Below are positions 63,952 through 64,000 of a DNA stretch of 64,000 nt, in pieces (positions within the stretch are counted from its first letter, which is position 1; each line of letters begins with the position of its first letter). The translations under genes and the position numbers were made by a program. This DNA is from Eledone cirrhosa. Taxonomy: Eukaryota. The notes below the pieces were generated by a model. That model saw nothing but the letters and a program-made list of their open reading frames with translations. It made no database searches and was not told the DNA's origin. The stretch lies in assembly GCA_964016885.1 (NCBI GenBank), contig OZ024752.1:36766001-36830000 (forward strand). Reading direction: 5' to 3'.

Positions 63952-64000
63952 GCTTATGTGCGTGCGTGTGTGTGTATATGTATATGAATATGTATATTAT

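Overview
AT-rich eukaryotic (animal) genomic DNA with no bacterial genes or CRISPR. The SINE/LINE repertoire and massive (TA)n content suggest an octopus-like cephalopod, which is an inference. There is one credible host gene: a single-exon 990-aa ORF (14736-17708, +) with an AT-hook and an LRIF1-like C-terminal coiled coil. The rest is repeats: three large satellites (78, 46 and ~70 bp), tRNA-derived SINEs, MITEs, CRE and RTE LINE fragments, an uninterrupted 5'-truncated RTE ORF with three C2H2 fingers, and a 5'-truncated Penelope (RT + GIY-YIG) element. The most striking signal is a dense population of short non-coding elements inserted in (TA)n tracts. They come from about ten unrelated sequence families, are mostly long fold-back inverted repeats, and carry complete, halved or decayed type I hammerhead ribozymes (CUGANGA-stemII-GAAA-stemIII-NUH). 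The fold-back point repeatedly coincides with a ribozyme helix or the exact predicted cleavage site. One element (27771-28550) looks like a terminally redundant ~527-nt retrozyme/circRNA monomer. All ribozyme calls were folded by eye and are untested.
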